Positions 18,227 to 26,948 of a stretch of DNA of 64,000 nucleotides are shown here, piece by piece. Numbering within the stretch: position 1 is the first letter of the stretch; each line of letters opens with the position of its first letter. The notes under the pieces are model-generated. The model saw only the letters and a list, made by a program, of their open reading frames with translations, had not been told where the DNA came from and made no database searches. Position numbers and translations under genes: made by a program. The DNA comes from Candidatus Hydrogenedentota bacterium (GTDB lineage Bacteria; Hydrogenedentota; Hydrogenedentia; Hydrogenedentales; SLHB01). The stretch is taken from NCBI GenBank assembly GCA_045863295.1, contig BTWA01000012.1, positions 86,633-150,632 of the forward strand, in the 5' to 3' direction.

Positions 18227-19447
18227 CTACGCAGCCGATTCCACATTCGGTTTGCGCTTGTCCCAGAATGTCAGAGCAAACACCACGGTCACGGCAAATG
18301 CCATTGCTGCGGGCACCAGCCAGATCTGATTCCAATTGTGCAACACGGTTCCATCTGATTCCGTTTTCGAAAACATGTCCACAATCGGGCCGCAGACAAA
18401 ATTACCGATCAACATGCCAATGCCGTAAGTCACCAGCGCGATAAACCCCTGAGCGCTCGCGCGAATTTCGCGCGGCGCGGCCTCGTCCACGTAGATATGG
18501 CCGGTCATGAAGAAGAAGTCATAGCAGATGCCGTGCAACAGAATGCCGCCATACAACATCCACACGGCACTGTCCACGTTGCCATAGGCAAACAGCACAT
18601 ACCGGGCCACCCACGCCAACATGCCGATGATCAACATCCACTTCACGCCAAGTCGCACCAGCAGAAAAGGCATGATCAGCATGAAGCCCACTTCCGACAT
18701 TTGCCCCATCGTCATCTTTTCGGCTGCTTTTTCCATACCGATTTCATTCAAGAAGGGATTCGTGAATGTGTAGTAGAAGGCAAGCGGGATGCAAATAAGC
18801 AGCGAACTGATGGTGAACACGGCGAAGGCCGGACGTTTCATCAGGGTGATAGCTTCCAATCCAAGGAGGTCCGAAACATTAACCTGTTTGCCGGCACCTT
18901 TAGGTGGCGTACTCGGAAGAAAGAAAAGGGAGTAGATGCCCATCAAGACGGAGAGACCCGCCGCAAGATACATAGGCGTGACCGAGGATTCGACGCCCAT
19001 GCGACTAATAATGATGCCTGCGACAATCCAGCCCAATGTACCGAATACGCGAATTCCGCCGAATTGTTTCTCGACATCGGACATTTGGCTGAACGACACG
19101 GCATTGACCAATGCCAACGTCGGCATATAGCACATGGTGTAAGCCAGCAGGAGCACAAAAAATGGGATAAACGACGTCTGGGTGGACGCAAGATACATCA
19201 GAATTGCGCCTAGAAAATGCATGGCCGCCAGCACTTTTTCGCCGGGGAAGAAGCGGTCGGCTATCATTCCAACAAAGAGCGGAGAAATTATCGCAGCCCA
19301 CCCGGTTGTAGTGTACACCCATCCGATCTGCGTGCCGCTGAAATTGATTGAACCCAAGTAGGTGCCCAGTGTAACGAACCACGCCCCCCAGATAAAAAAC
19401 TGCAAGAACATCATCACCGACAGCCGGATTCGAATTCCCATGTTCAT
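18227..19447 (-). CDS. Nucleoside:H+ symporter family MFS permease (NupG/YegT-like)
   Basis: 'RLSVMMFLQFFIWGAW', 'IADRFF', 'IRVFGTLGWI', 'GQMSE', 'LHGICYDFFF'. ATG at 19447 with AAGGA upstream. Confidence 0.9.
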   Translation of the reverse strand: MNMGIRIRLSVMMFLQFFIWGAWFVTLGTYLGSINFSGTQIGWVYTTTGWAAIISPLFVGMIADRFFPGEKVLAAMHFLGAILMYLASTQTSFIPFFVLLLAYTMCYMPTLALVNAVSFSQMSDVEKQFGGIRVFGTLGWIVAGIIISRMGVESSVTPMYLAAGLSVLMGIYSLFFLPSTPPKGAGKQVNVSDLLGLEAITLMKRPAFAVFTISSLLICIPLAFYYTFTNPFLNEIGMEKAAEKMTMGQMSEVGFMLIMPFLLVRLGVKWMLIIGMLAWVARYVLFAYGNVDSAVWMLYGGILLHGICYDFFFMTGHIYVDEAAPREIRASAQGFIALVTYGIGMLIGNFVCGPIVDMFSKTESDGTVLHNWNQIWLVPAAMAFAVTVVFALTFWDKRKPNVESAA

Positions 19448-19618
19448 GGCGTGGCTCGTCCTTATTCGATTGGATTGAATTGCGGTACCGCCGCTCAATT
19501 CGACGCGGCCGTGATACACCCCCAAAGTCGGAATGCCGCTTCCACTCACGGCCGCCAACGGCTCCCCGTCATGGTAGGAAATGCCCGGCGATCGTTTCAA
19601 GCGATTCTGGAGCCAAAA

Positions 19619-20971
19619 CTACCCAAATACGCGTTCCACCGCGCTCATGATCCCCGATGCCGTCGCCACGCGCGGCTCAACCGCGGCCTCCAGCAATTGT
19701 TCGAGTTCATTCAAGGTGGCGAAATCCATGGGATCGGCCATGGCCACGATAACCTGACCCACAATCCGGCAAATGGGCAGGCACTTGTGTGACTCGCAAA
19801 ACACCCTAGGAATACTCTTCGCCAATGCAACGTCAAAACTGCGGGTTTCGAATGAAGCCCGTGGTACGGCCATCTGGTCCGACAGGGCATTCGCGATCAG
19901 TTCCTCGTCCGCGAATCCCAACCGAACCAGCGTCATACCCAACCGCTCTTGGCCCTTGCGCTGCTGCTGCAGTGCCATCTGCAGTTGCTCGTCCGTGATG
20001 ACACCCGCTTCCACCAACAAATCGCCGATGCGGCGCCCAGTCACCACCTTGGGCGGCGACAAAAGCACGGTCTCGTTCTGCGGCGAAGTCTCGCCCCACG
20101 AGATGGACGAATCGGTTCCCTTCTCCGGGACATCACCTGCCGCGATGTTCCCATCCACCAGCGTGCCCGCCAATTCGGACAAGAATGCAAGGCAATCGGT
20201 TTGGCGTTTCTTCGGATTCTTGCGTAGCGCTCGCAACAACACCCCGTTCAGTTCGTCGCTGCAATTTGGAATGGGAGGGGGATCCTGGTTTTGGATCTGA
20301 TTCAGGATTGCACCGCGATAAAACGGCGGGTGGCCGCGAAGCAATTCGTAAATCGTGGCCGCCAGCGAGTACAGGTCACTCCGCTGGTCCAACGACATTC
20401 CCAAAAGCTGCTCGGGACTCATAAACAAGATCGTGCCGCTCGTCACATGGCCGGATATGCGATCCCTCGCTTCTTGCGCGGTGCGCGCAATGCCAAAGTC
20501 GGCCAACCGAACCCGGTTTCGCCCATCGATCAAGATGTTTCCCGGTTTGATGTCCCGATGGAGCACTTCCTGTTCGTGTGCATGATGCAATGCCTGACAA
20601 AGTTGCTCCGCCCAAGGAAGGATCTCAGCGGCCGCGAATGGCGCCTGTCGTTCACGCAACAGTCCCGCGAGATTGCCTCCCTTCACGTATTCCATCGTGA
20701 TAAACCGGTGTTCGCCCGCATCCCAAAACGTGTGAATGGCCACAATGTTGGGGTGCCGCAACCGTCGCGTTAACAGAACTTCGCGTTTCAGGTCAGAAAT
20801 GGCCTGCGGATCATCGGTGAAGGACGGGTTGAGGATCTTTACCGCAACTTCCTCATTTTCGAGATGGGCATCCTGCGCCTGCCATACCATGCCTACCGCG
20901 CCACTGCCAAGAGGTCGAACAAGATGGAACCGGTCGGCAAGCACAGTGCCGGGTTGAAGTGGATTTCCCAT
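19619..20971 (-). CDS. Cytoplasmic Hanks-type Ser/Thr protein kinase with C-terminal MshEN (T2SSE_N) domain
   Basis: GSGAVG, VAVK, HRDIKPGN, DFG and SPE motifs intact; C-terminal tandem MshEN motifs followed by 'VIVAMADP'; no TM segment. Confidence 0.9.
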   Translation of the reverse strand: MGNPLQPGTVLADRFHLVRPLGSGAVGMVWQAQDAHLENEEVAVKILNPSFTDDPQAISDLKREVLLTRRLRHPNIVAIHTFWDAGEHRFITMEYVKGGNLAGLLRERQAPFAAAEILPWAEQLCQALHHAHEQEVLHRDIKPGNILIDGRNRVRLADFGIARTAQEARDRISGHVTSGTILFMSPEQLLGMSLDQRSDLYSLAATIYELLRGHPPFYRGAILNQIQNQDPPPIPNCSDELNGVLLRALRKNPKKRQTDCLAFLSELAGTLVDGNIAAGDVPEKGTDSSISWGETSPQNETVLLSPPKVVTGRRIGDLLVEAGVITDEQLQMALQQQRKGQERLGMTLVRLGFADEELIANALSDQMAVPRASFETRSFDVALAKSIPRVFCESHKCLPICRIVGQVIVAMADPMDFATLNELEQLLEAAVEPRVATASGIMSAVERVFG

Positions 20972-21217
20972 GGGTCCTTTCTTCAGGGAGTGGCCCGCTA
21001 AAGCTAATAATCTGACCGATTTTGTAAAGAGTAATTCTATTTGCGCTCTTTCACTTTTTCAACCTTGCGGCCCCGATTCTGCCATCAAGCCCGATTTCCC
21101 CGATTAGAATGAATGCCACGAATGCCCCTTCGTCTAGTTCAGCGAGTCGGAGCGGAAACAGATCGGCGACGCTTCCCCGGCGCCCAATCTGTTGCATACA
21201 TTTTGGAGGAAGCACAA

Positions 21218-23953
21218 ATGAGTTACCACCGTCTATTTCAGGCGACGCTTCCGGTAGCTGTCTTGATCCTGGCAGGGGCCGTAAGTGCGGCGCAAGAGGC
21301 CGGCCTATTGCACGCCCGTGTCAGCTACGAGGGCGGAGGAGGGCTGGTTAAAGGACCCGATGATTCCGAATGGAGTTACGCGGTGACTAATTCGCTGATC
21401 CTGCCAGGCGACACCCTTTGGGCCGACAAAGGCGGCACCATGGAAATCGAATTCGCGGGGGGAAACTTTCTGCGAATGGCCGACGGCAGTAAAATCGAAG
21501 TCAAACAAGTCTCGCCCAGCCTTTCGCTTAACGGCTGGCTCGGGTCTTTTTACGTTCAGCGCGTGAGCCGGAGCACCGGCGATGTCACATTCCGCACTCC
21601 CGCGTCCGTAGTCGACGTAAAAGACGACTCGCACGTCCGGGTGGACGTGCTCGAAGACGGGTCTACCACGGTGTCCGTGCGTTGGGGGCGCGCTTATGTG
21701 CGAACCGACGTCGGCTCCCCGGTCCTTCTGACCGGCGGCATGCGAACCTACATTGATCCTGGCCTATTGCCTTCCACCCCCATGCCGTTCGACAAGGCTG
21801 CCGAAGACGACTTCGATGCGTGGTGCCGTGAGAGGGCACGCCTGCTCGCTTTGGGCGATTCCGCTGTTCCTACGACAGTAGCACCTGCGCCCGCCACACT
21901 GGGATTTCGTGACCTCACCGCGTACGGCGAGTGGGTGACTCTGGACAATACGCCTTACTGGCGGCCAACCGTGGTTGTGAACTACGTCCCGTACCGCTAC
22001 GGTCACTGGAGCTACGTCCCGGCCTACGGTTACAACTGGGTCGGCGATTATCCGTTTTGCTATGTGACGTCTCACTACGGCCGTTGGTCCTACAAGCCGG
22101 CCTATGGCTGGTTGTGGTGCTATGACTCTGCGTGGAGTCCGGCATGGTGCGTTACTGTGCGCACGGGCTCCCGTTATATGTGGTGCCCGGTGGATTTCTA
22201 CGGGTATCCGGTCAGCTACGGCTCGGCTTCGTTCACTGTGGGTGGCGTCCATTTCAGCATCGGTGCCAGCACATACTGCAACGCCGCGGACCTATACTAC
22301 GGTCCCTGCGCCACATACCCTGTTTACGGCAACTATGCCAATGATTGCGACGTGACCAACGTAAACATCTGGAACATCTACACCGGCGACTACTGGAACC
22401 GCCAAGGCCGGCACCGCAATCCGTATTCAAATCTGAATTCGCCAATGACGGTGCGAAATTATGCGCCCCAACGCGTCATTCGCGGACCGGAATTGCGAGG
22501 CAATCAGTCGGAATTGGCCTCCGTGCGCCACCGGTCGCTGGAATCCAGCATGTCCCGCACACAGTTTTCATCCGCGCAGGCCACCGGCGGACGTGCGATC
22601 CGCACGGGCACCCAGTCCAGCAATCGTTCATCCCAGGTGCGTACCGCGTCCATTGAGCGCAACGTGTTAAATGAAACAACCAACACCATCGAACGGGTAC
22701 AGCGCCGCTCGAGCAACAGTATCAACGCGGGCGCATCGGTCGTCGGATCGACCGCACGCGCCGGATCCACCGACAGGGTCTCGCGTTCAGTCCGGCGCAC
22801 CAACACCGATTCTTCCGACAACCCCTTGCCGCTCGGCGAACGAATCACTACGTTGCCAGGTACAACAGATTCGAGTGACGGACGCATAGTGCTACGCGGT
22901 CGAGGTCGCGCGTCAGAGGATACGCAGGAAGACCGGCAGAACACCGAGATTTCGCGCACCATTCCGCGAGACAGTACCTCCGTGAGCGCCCGCGAACGCC
23001 GGATTACGATTGACCCCAACGAAGTCAACGCCAACCAGAATGAGCCAGCGACAGACGATGCGCCAAGTATTCGGCACACCGAACCGGACAGTGCATCAAG
23101 TAATGACGACGGCGAATCGGGCAGGGTTCGCCAGACCACGCCACGTGACAATGATCGGGAAGACGGTATATCGCGCCAAGTTCGCGATATAGTCCGCAAC
23201 GACGACTCCGGCGCCAACAACAGGTCCTCAAGCCAGACCGACGACTCACCGCGCGTTCGCCAGACTGTCCCTCCAGCGGAAACAGGAAACAACACAAATC
23301 AAGAGGTCAACCGGGTTACTGAAATCTCGCCCAGAATTCGCGAGACGGTACCCGACGTGGACAACTCGTCACGGGAACGTTCACAGCGTTCGTCTCGGAT
23401 AACCGAAGTGCGGCCCACGCTGCCTTCCTCGGTTACTCGTTCAACCGACGATCAACCCAGGCTTCAGACCCGGCGGACCTTGCCAAGCACGTATACCTCT
23501 CCAAGGTCCATCGGCCCGTCAACGCCTCAAGCATCCGTCACGACTCGCTCAACCAACCGTGAAATCTCGTCCCCACGGATTTCTACGCCGTCGGCACGTA
23601 TTCAGTCGCCTCGGATGGATACCAACTCCACACCAGTGAATCGGTATTCGCCTCCGGTTCAATCAAATCGCGTGACACAGTACTCGGCACCGGTTCAACG
23701 GCAGGCGCCGTCCCCGCGTATTTCGACGCCCTCGGCCCAGCCTCGCATCTCGACGCCACAGGTCTCACCGCGGATTACCACACCGTCGGCGCAGCCAAGA
23801 ATCTCTGTCCCGCAAGTGTCGCCTCGTGTGCAAGCGCCATCAACTCCGAGAATCACTGCGCCGAGTAGCCCGTCATTCAATCGCTCGGTCGGTGTTCCCA
23901 GTTCCAGGTCCAGCGTGAACAGCAACAGTGCGACACGCGGACGCTCGCGGTAA
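21218..23953 (+). CDS. Secreted FecR-like + DUF6600 protein with long Arg/Ser/Thr/Pro-rich disordered tail
   Basis: GGAGG RBS and ATG at 21218; signal peptide ending AVSA-A; 'GDTLWAD..MEIEF' (FecR-like); DUF6600-like 'YGEW..YWRP..PYRYGHW..HYGRW..WSPAW'; roughly 500-aa low-complexity tail. Confidence 0.8.
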   Translation: MSYHRLFQATLPVAVLILAGAVSAAQEAGLLHARVSYEGGGGLVKGPDDSEWSYAVTNSLILPGDTLWADKGGTMEIEFAGGNFLRMADGSKIEVKQVSPSLSLNGWLGSFYVQRVSRSTGDVTFRTPASVVDVKDDSHVRVDVLEDGSTTVSVRWGRAYVRTDVGSPVLLTGGMRTYIDPGLLPSTPMPFDKAAEDDFDAWCRERARLLALGDSAVPTTVAPAPATLGFRDLTAYGEWVTLDNTPYWRPTVVVNYVPYRYGHWSYVPAYGYNWVGDYPFCYVTSHYGRWSYKPAYGWLWCYDSAWSPAWCVTVRTGSRYMWCPVDFYGYPVSYGSASFTVGGVHFSIGASTYCNAADLYYGPCATYPVYGNYANDCDVTNVNIWNIYTGDYWNRQGRHRNPYSNLNSPMTVRNYAPQRVIRGPELRGNQSELASVRHRSLESSMSRTQFSSAQATGGRAIRTGTQSSNRSSQVRTASIERNVLNETTNTIERVQRRSSNSINAGASVVGSTARAGSTDRVSRSVRRTNTDSSDNPLPLGERITTLPGTTDSSDGRIVLRGRGRASEDTQEDRQNTEISRTIPRDSTSVSARERRITIDPNEVNANQNEPATDDAPSIRHTEPDSASSNDDGESGRVRQTTPRDNDREDGISRQVRDIVRNDDSGANNRSSSQTDDSPRVRQTVPPAETGNNTNQEVNRVTEISPRIRETVPDVDNSSRERSQRSSRITEVRPTLPSSVTRSTDDQPRLQTRRTLPSTYTSPRSIGPSTPQASVTTRSTNREISSPRISTPSARIQSPRMDTNSTPVNRYSPPVQSNRVTQYSAPVQRQAPSPRISTPSAQPRISTPQVSPRITTPSAQPRISVPQVSPRVQAPSTPRITAPSSPSFNRSVGVPSSRSSVNSNSATRGRSR
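23709..23870 (+). repeat. Degenerate in-frame 27-bp (9-aa) tandem repeat
   Basis: Encodes PRISTPSAQ-PRISTPQVS-PRITTPSAQ-PRISVPQVS-PRVQAPST-PRITAPS; alternating units suggest an 18-aa duplication. Confidence 0.7.
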
Positions 23954-23974
23954 GATCGAAAGGAGGTACATGCC

Positions 23975-24895
23975 ATGTGCCCGCTAAAGGTGTACTCGAC
24001 CCAAAAAATGGTTAAATTCACGGCATTGCTACTTGTGGCGGTTGCGGTGATGGGCTGTCCCATGTCTCCAGGTGGGCAGACCGACTACGACCTTGGATTT
24101 GAAGATGGATTCGCCGAAGATGCCTGGTACTGGGATGGATATGACGACGGCTGGTTTTCCGTGGACGCGACGAGTTACTACGACGACAGCGAAATCCCAT
24201 ACCTGGATTCGCCTCCCTATGATGCAGGCTATTGGGATGGCATCTGGTATGCCTACAACGACGGCTATTTCGTCGACTACCACTATGCGTTCATCATCGG
24301 TTTCAGTGAAGGATACGACAACGCATATTGGTCCGACTACCTCGACTTTCTTGACGACGATCAACACATCGAGTTTCGGAACGGCGGATGGGGAGATGGT
24401 TACCACGACGGGTATTCCGAAGGCCGTGTTTTCGGTGCCAATGACTATGAGCAGGGATTGCCATTCGATTGGTTTGACGCACTGCTCGACTACGAATCCG
24501 GTACGGACCTCTATTTTGAAGAAGTGGATGTCGGAACGGGCATCTACGGTCCGGTCGAATTGTACGAATACGGCGCGAATCCCAACGCGAAGTCGGCCGC
24601 GAGGTCGAATCGAATTCGATTCGACAAAGCCCAGCCCGCCATTCGTGACTACGGTGTACCCAAGGCTGTCGATGTCGACAATCGGTCAATCTACAGACCG
24701 CTGGATAGTGTGGCGCAAAATGACCTGAACGTTATGCCTGACGAAAGTCTGCGAGACGCGACTCCACTGCGCCTTACGACCTCGTGGCTGGATCGCGTGA
24801 ACACCTACCTGGGCACAAAGGTGAACAGCGGGCAAAAATCCGAAACCTCAGGATCGGTAACGATTAGAAACCGCACGAAGACAGCCATACCGTAG
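23975..24895 (+). CDS. Lipoprotein rich in Asp/Tyr/Gly/Trp with GxxxG repeats (hypothetical)
   Basis: AAGGAGG RBS; lipobox 'VAVMGC'; repeats YDLGFEDGF, YWDGYDDGW, YDAGYWDGI, IIGFSEGY, WGDGYHDGYSEG. Confidence 0.75.
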   Translation: MCPLKVYSTQKMVKFTALLLVAVAVMGCPMSPGGQTDYDLGFEDGFAEDAWYWDGYDDGWFSVDATSYYDDSEIPYLDSPPYDAGYWDGIWYAYNDGYFVDYHYAFIIGFSEGYDNAYWSDYLDFLDDDQHIEFRNGGWGDGYHDGYSEGRVFGANDYEQGLPFDWFDALLDYESGTDLYFEEVDVGTGIYGPVELYEYGANPNAKSAARSNRIRFDKAQPAIRDYGVPKAVDVDNRSIYRPLDSVAQNDLNVMPDESLRDATPLRLTTSWLDRVNTYLGTKVNSGQKSETSGSVTIRNRTKTAIP

Positions 24896-24918
24896 ATTCC
24901 AAATGGTCCCGTTAACGG

Positions 24919-24956
24919 CTCACCCCTTGACGTCAACTCAAGGGGTGAGATTTATT
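24919..24956 (+). terminator. Intrinsic terminator between convergent lipoprotein gene and thiL
   Basis: Perfect 12-bp stem CTCACCCCTTGA/TCAAGGGGTGAG with a 7-nt loop, followed by ATTTATT. Confidence 0.7.
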
Positions 24957-24986
24957 CAGGTAAGCGTTGCCCACTGAGCGGGTCAG

Positions 24987-25961
24987 CTACGATTTGAAGT
25001 GGTCAAATCCGCTCGAGTCAACAGCCTGGCCATCCAGCCTCACGCCGTTCCACGAGTCCGTAAATTCTCCAATGATGTGAACTTCGGTGCGAAACTCCCT
25101 GCGAAAGGCATCCATTACCTCGCCCGCGGCGTCCGCATCGAGAGCGAATGCCAATTCATAGTCCTCGCCTCCGGTCAAGGCCAATTCAAGCGCGTTCAGC
25201 CCATGGCTCTGACAATAGCCGTCAAGTTCGTTAGCCAAAGGAATCAGGTCCGCCCGCAAATTGACGCCGACTGCATGGTTCGTCATATGCCCGCAATCCT
25301 GCAGTAGTCCGTCGGTGATGTCTATCAGGGCATGCACCGAAGCATGGTTGCAGAACCACTGACCTTCCTCAATGAGCGCACGCGGATACAAGTGCGCATG
25401 TATAAGTGCATCGGACTCCTGCCCATTTCGCAACGCGTGCAGGCCGCCGGCAGATCCCCCCAAACGGCCCGTGACCGCAAGCAAATCGCCAACTCGCGCG
25501 TCTCGCCGCGTGATATAGCGCCCCGTGTTTGCATGGCCTATCACGGAAACATCTATGGAGATTCGGCTGTGACTCCGGGTGGTATCCCCACCTACAATAG
25601 CCGCGCCATGAGTGCTTACCGCGCTCGAAAGGCCGTGATATAACTCCTCCACAAAAAGAGCCGTGGTATCGCCGGGGCAGGCCAACGACACCAGACAAAA
25701 CAACGGCGCCCCGCCCATCGCGCCAATGTCGCTCAAGGCCGCGGTGGCTGCCTTCCAGCCGATCGCATTGGGCGGACTATAGGCCCGATTGAAGTGCACA
25801 TCTTCGACAAAGAGGTCACTGGTGGCAAGCAACAGGTGATCGAACAGCCGAATCACGGCACAATCGTCGCCGATACCTTCTTCCACAGTGTTTGTCGTGG
25901 GCAACAGCTTCCGGATATGTTCGATGAACCCGAACTCGCCGATGTCGTTCAGTGTCCGCAT
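24987..25961 (-). CDS. thiL: Thiamine-monophosphate kinase
   Basis: 'IGEFGFIEHI', 'GIGDDCAV', 'EDVHF', 'SDIGAMGG', 'VGGDT', 'IDITDGL', 'GGEDYEL'. Start ATG 25961. Confidence 0.93.
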   Translation of the reverse strand: MRTLNDIGEFGFIEHIRKLLPTTNTVEEGIGDDCAVIRLFDHLLLATSDLFVEDVHFNRAYSPPNAIGWKAATAALSDIGAMGGAPLFCLVSLACPGDTTALFVEELYHGLSSAVSTHGAAIVGGDTTRSHSRISIDVSVIGHANTGRYITRRDARVGDLLAVTGRLGGSAGGLHALRNGQESDALIHAHLYPRALIEEGQWFCNHASVHALIDITDGLLQDCGHMTNHAVGVNLRADLIPLANELDGYCQSHGLNALELALTGGEDYELAFALDADAAGEVMDAFRREFRTEVHIIGEFTDSWNGVRLDGQAVDSSGFDHFKS

Positions 25962-25966
25962 ACGCG

Positions 25967-26845
25967 TCAATGAGCCTCCAACCGGCGCCACGCATCCGGA
26001 ATGGCACCCACGATATCGCGGGCTATCATGCCACGTTCGGTCATACGCTCGGCGGCAATGTCGCCGGCCAGTCCATGTAGGTATACGCCTGCGATTCCAG
26101 CGTCTTCGACCGAAAGGCCTTGCGCGACAAGTCCGCCAATCAACCCGGCAAGAACGTCGCCGCTGCCGCCGGTGGCCATGCCGCTGTTCCCGGTGGGGTT
26201 GATCCAACAGCCGCCGGCCGGAGTCGCTACAATTGTTCTATGTCCCTTGAGTACCACAACGCATTTATACTCGCGTGCAAAGTCCACAGCTGTAGATTCC
26301 CGCCTCGACTGGACCGCTGCGACGGATGCGCCCGTAAGCCGCGCCATTTCCCCAGGGTGCGGCGTGATGATGACCGGCGACTGGATCTGACGAAGTAGCG
26401 AAGTGGCCACGCTCACACAATTCAATCCATCCGCGTCTATGACCACCGGAACCGGACATCGTACAAGGAACGAATGGATGAATCGCCGCGTGTCGGCATG
26501 TTGGGAAATGCCCATTCCCACGACAACGGCATCCATGTCTTTGGCCCGGCCAATCGCTGGAGACGCCGCTTCGTCGGAAAACGATCCGTCGGCGTTTTCC
26601 GGAAGGCCGAATGTCATTGATTCCAGCGTGCCGGAAGCGATGATGGCGGCGGAACTCTCCGGCGCCCCCACGGTAACGAGACCTACCCCTGATCGGCCGG
26701 CTGATTCTGCCGCCAGACGTGCTGCACCAGTCATACCTCGGCTGCCTGCCAGAACAAACAAATGCCCGTACACACCCTTGTGTGCGTCAGGAAACCGTTT
26801 TGGAAGGCGCGGGACAATACTGTCTTTTGTCAGTTCATTTGCCAT
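25967..26845 (-). CDS. nnrD: Stand-alone ADP-dependent NAD(P)H-hydrate dehydratase
   Basis: 'HKGVYG..LAGS..GAA', 'VIDADGLN', 'ITPHPGEMARL', 'VLKG', 'ATGGSGDVLAG'. No YjeF_N epimerase domain. Confidence 0.9.
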   Translation of the reverse strand: MANELTKDSIVPRLPKRFPDAHKGVYGHLFVLAGSRGMTGAARLAAESAGRSGVGLVTVGAPESSAAIIASGTLESMTFGLPENADGSFSDEAASPAIGRAKDMDAVVVGMGISQHADTRRFIHSFLVRCPVPVVIDADGLNCVSVATSLLRQIQSPVIITPHPGEMARLTGASVAAVQSRRESTAVDFAREYKCVVVLKGHRTIVATPAGGCWINPTGNSGMATGGSGDVLAGLIGGLVAQGLSVEDAGIAGVYLHGLAGDIAAERMTERGMIARDIVGAIPDAWRRLEAH

Positions 26846-26948
26846 ACCCATGAATACCCCGGAGCAGAGAGACGTGCCTGCATCGTAAGGGGTGCCCATG
26901 GCACAATCAAGTTGCATTCCGTTATCTGCGAGTGCCAAAGTGCTTGAT

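Noticed and set aside
23560..24460. CRISPR array
   Set aside because: Repeats are in-frame, degenerate and coding, without repeat-spacer periodicity; no cas genes in the window.
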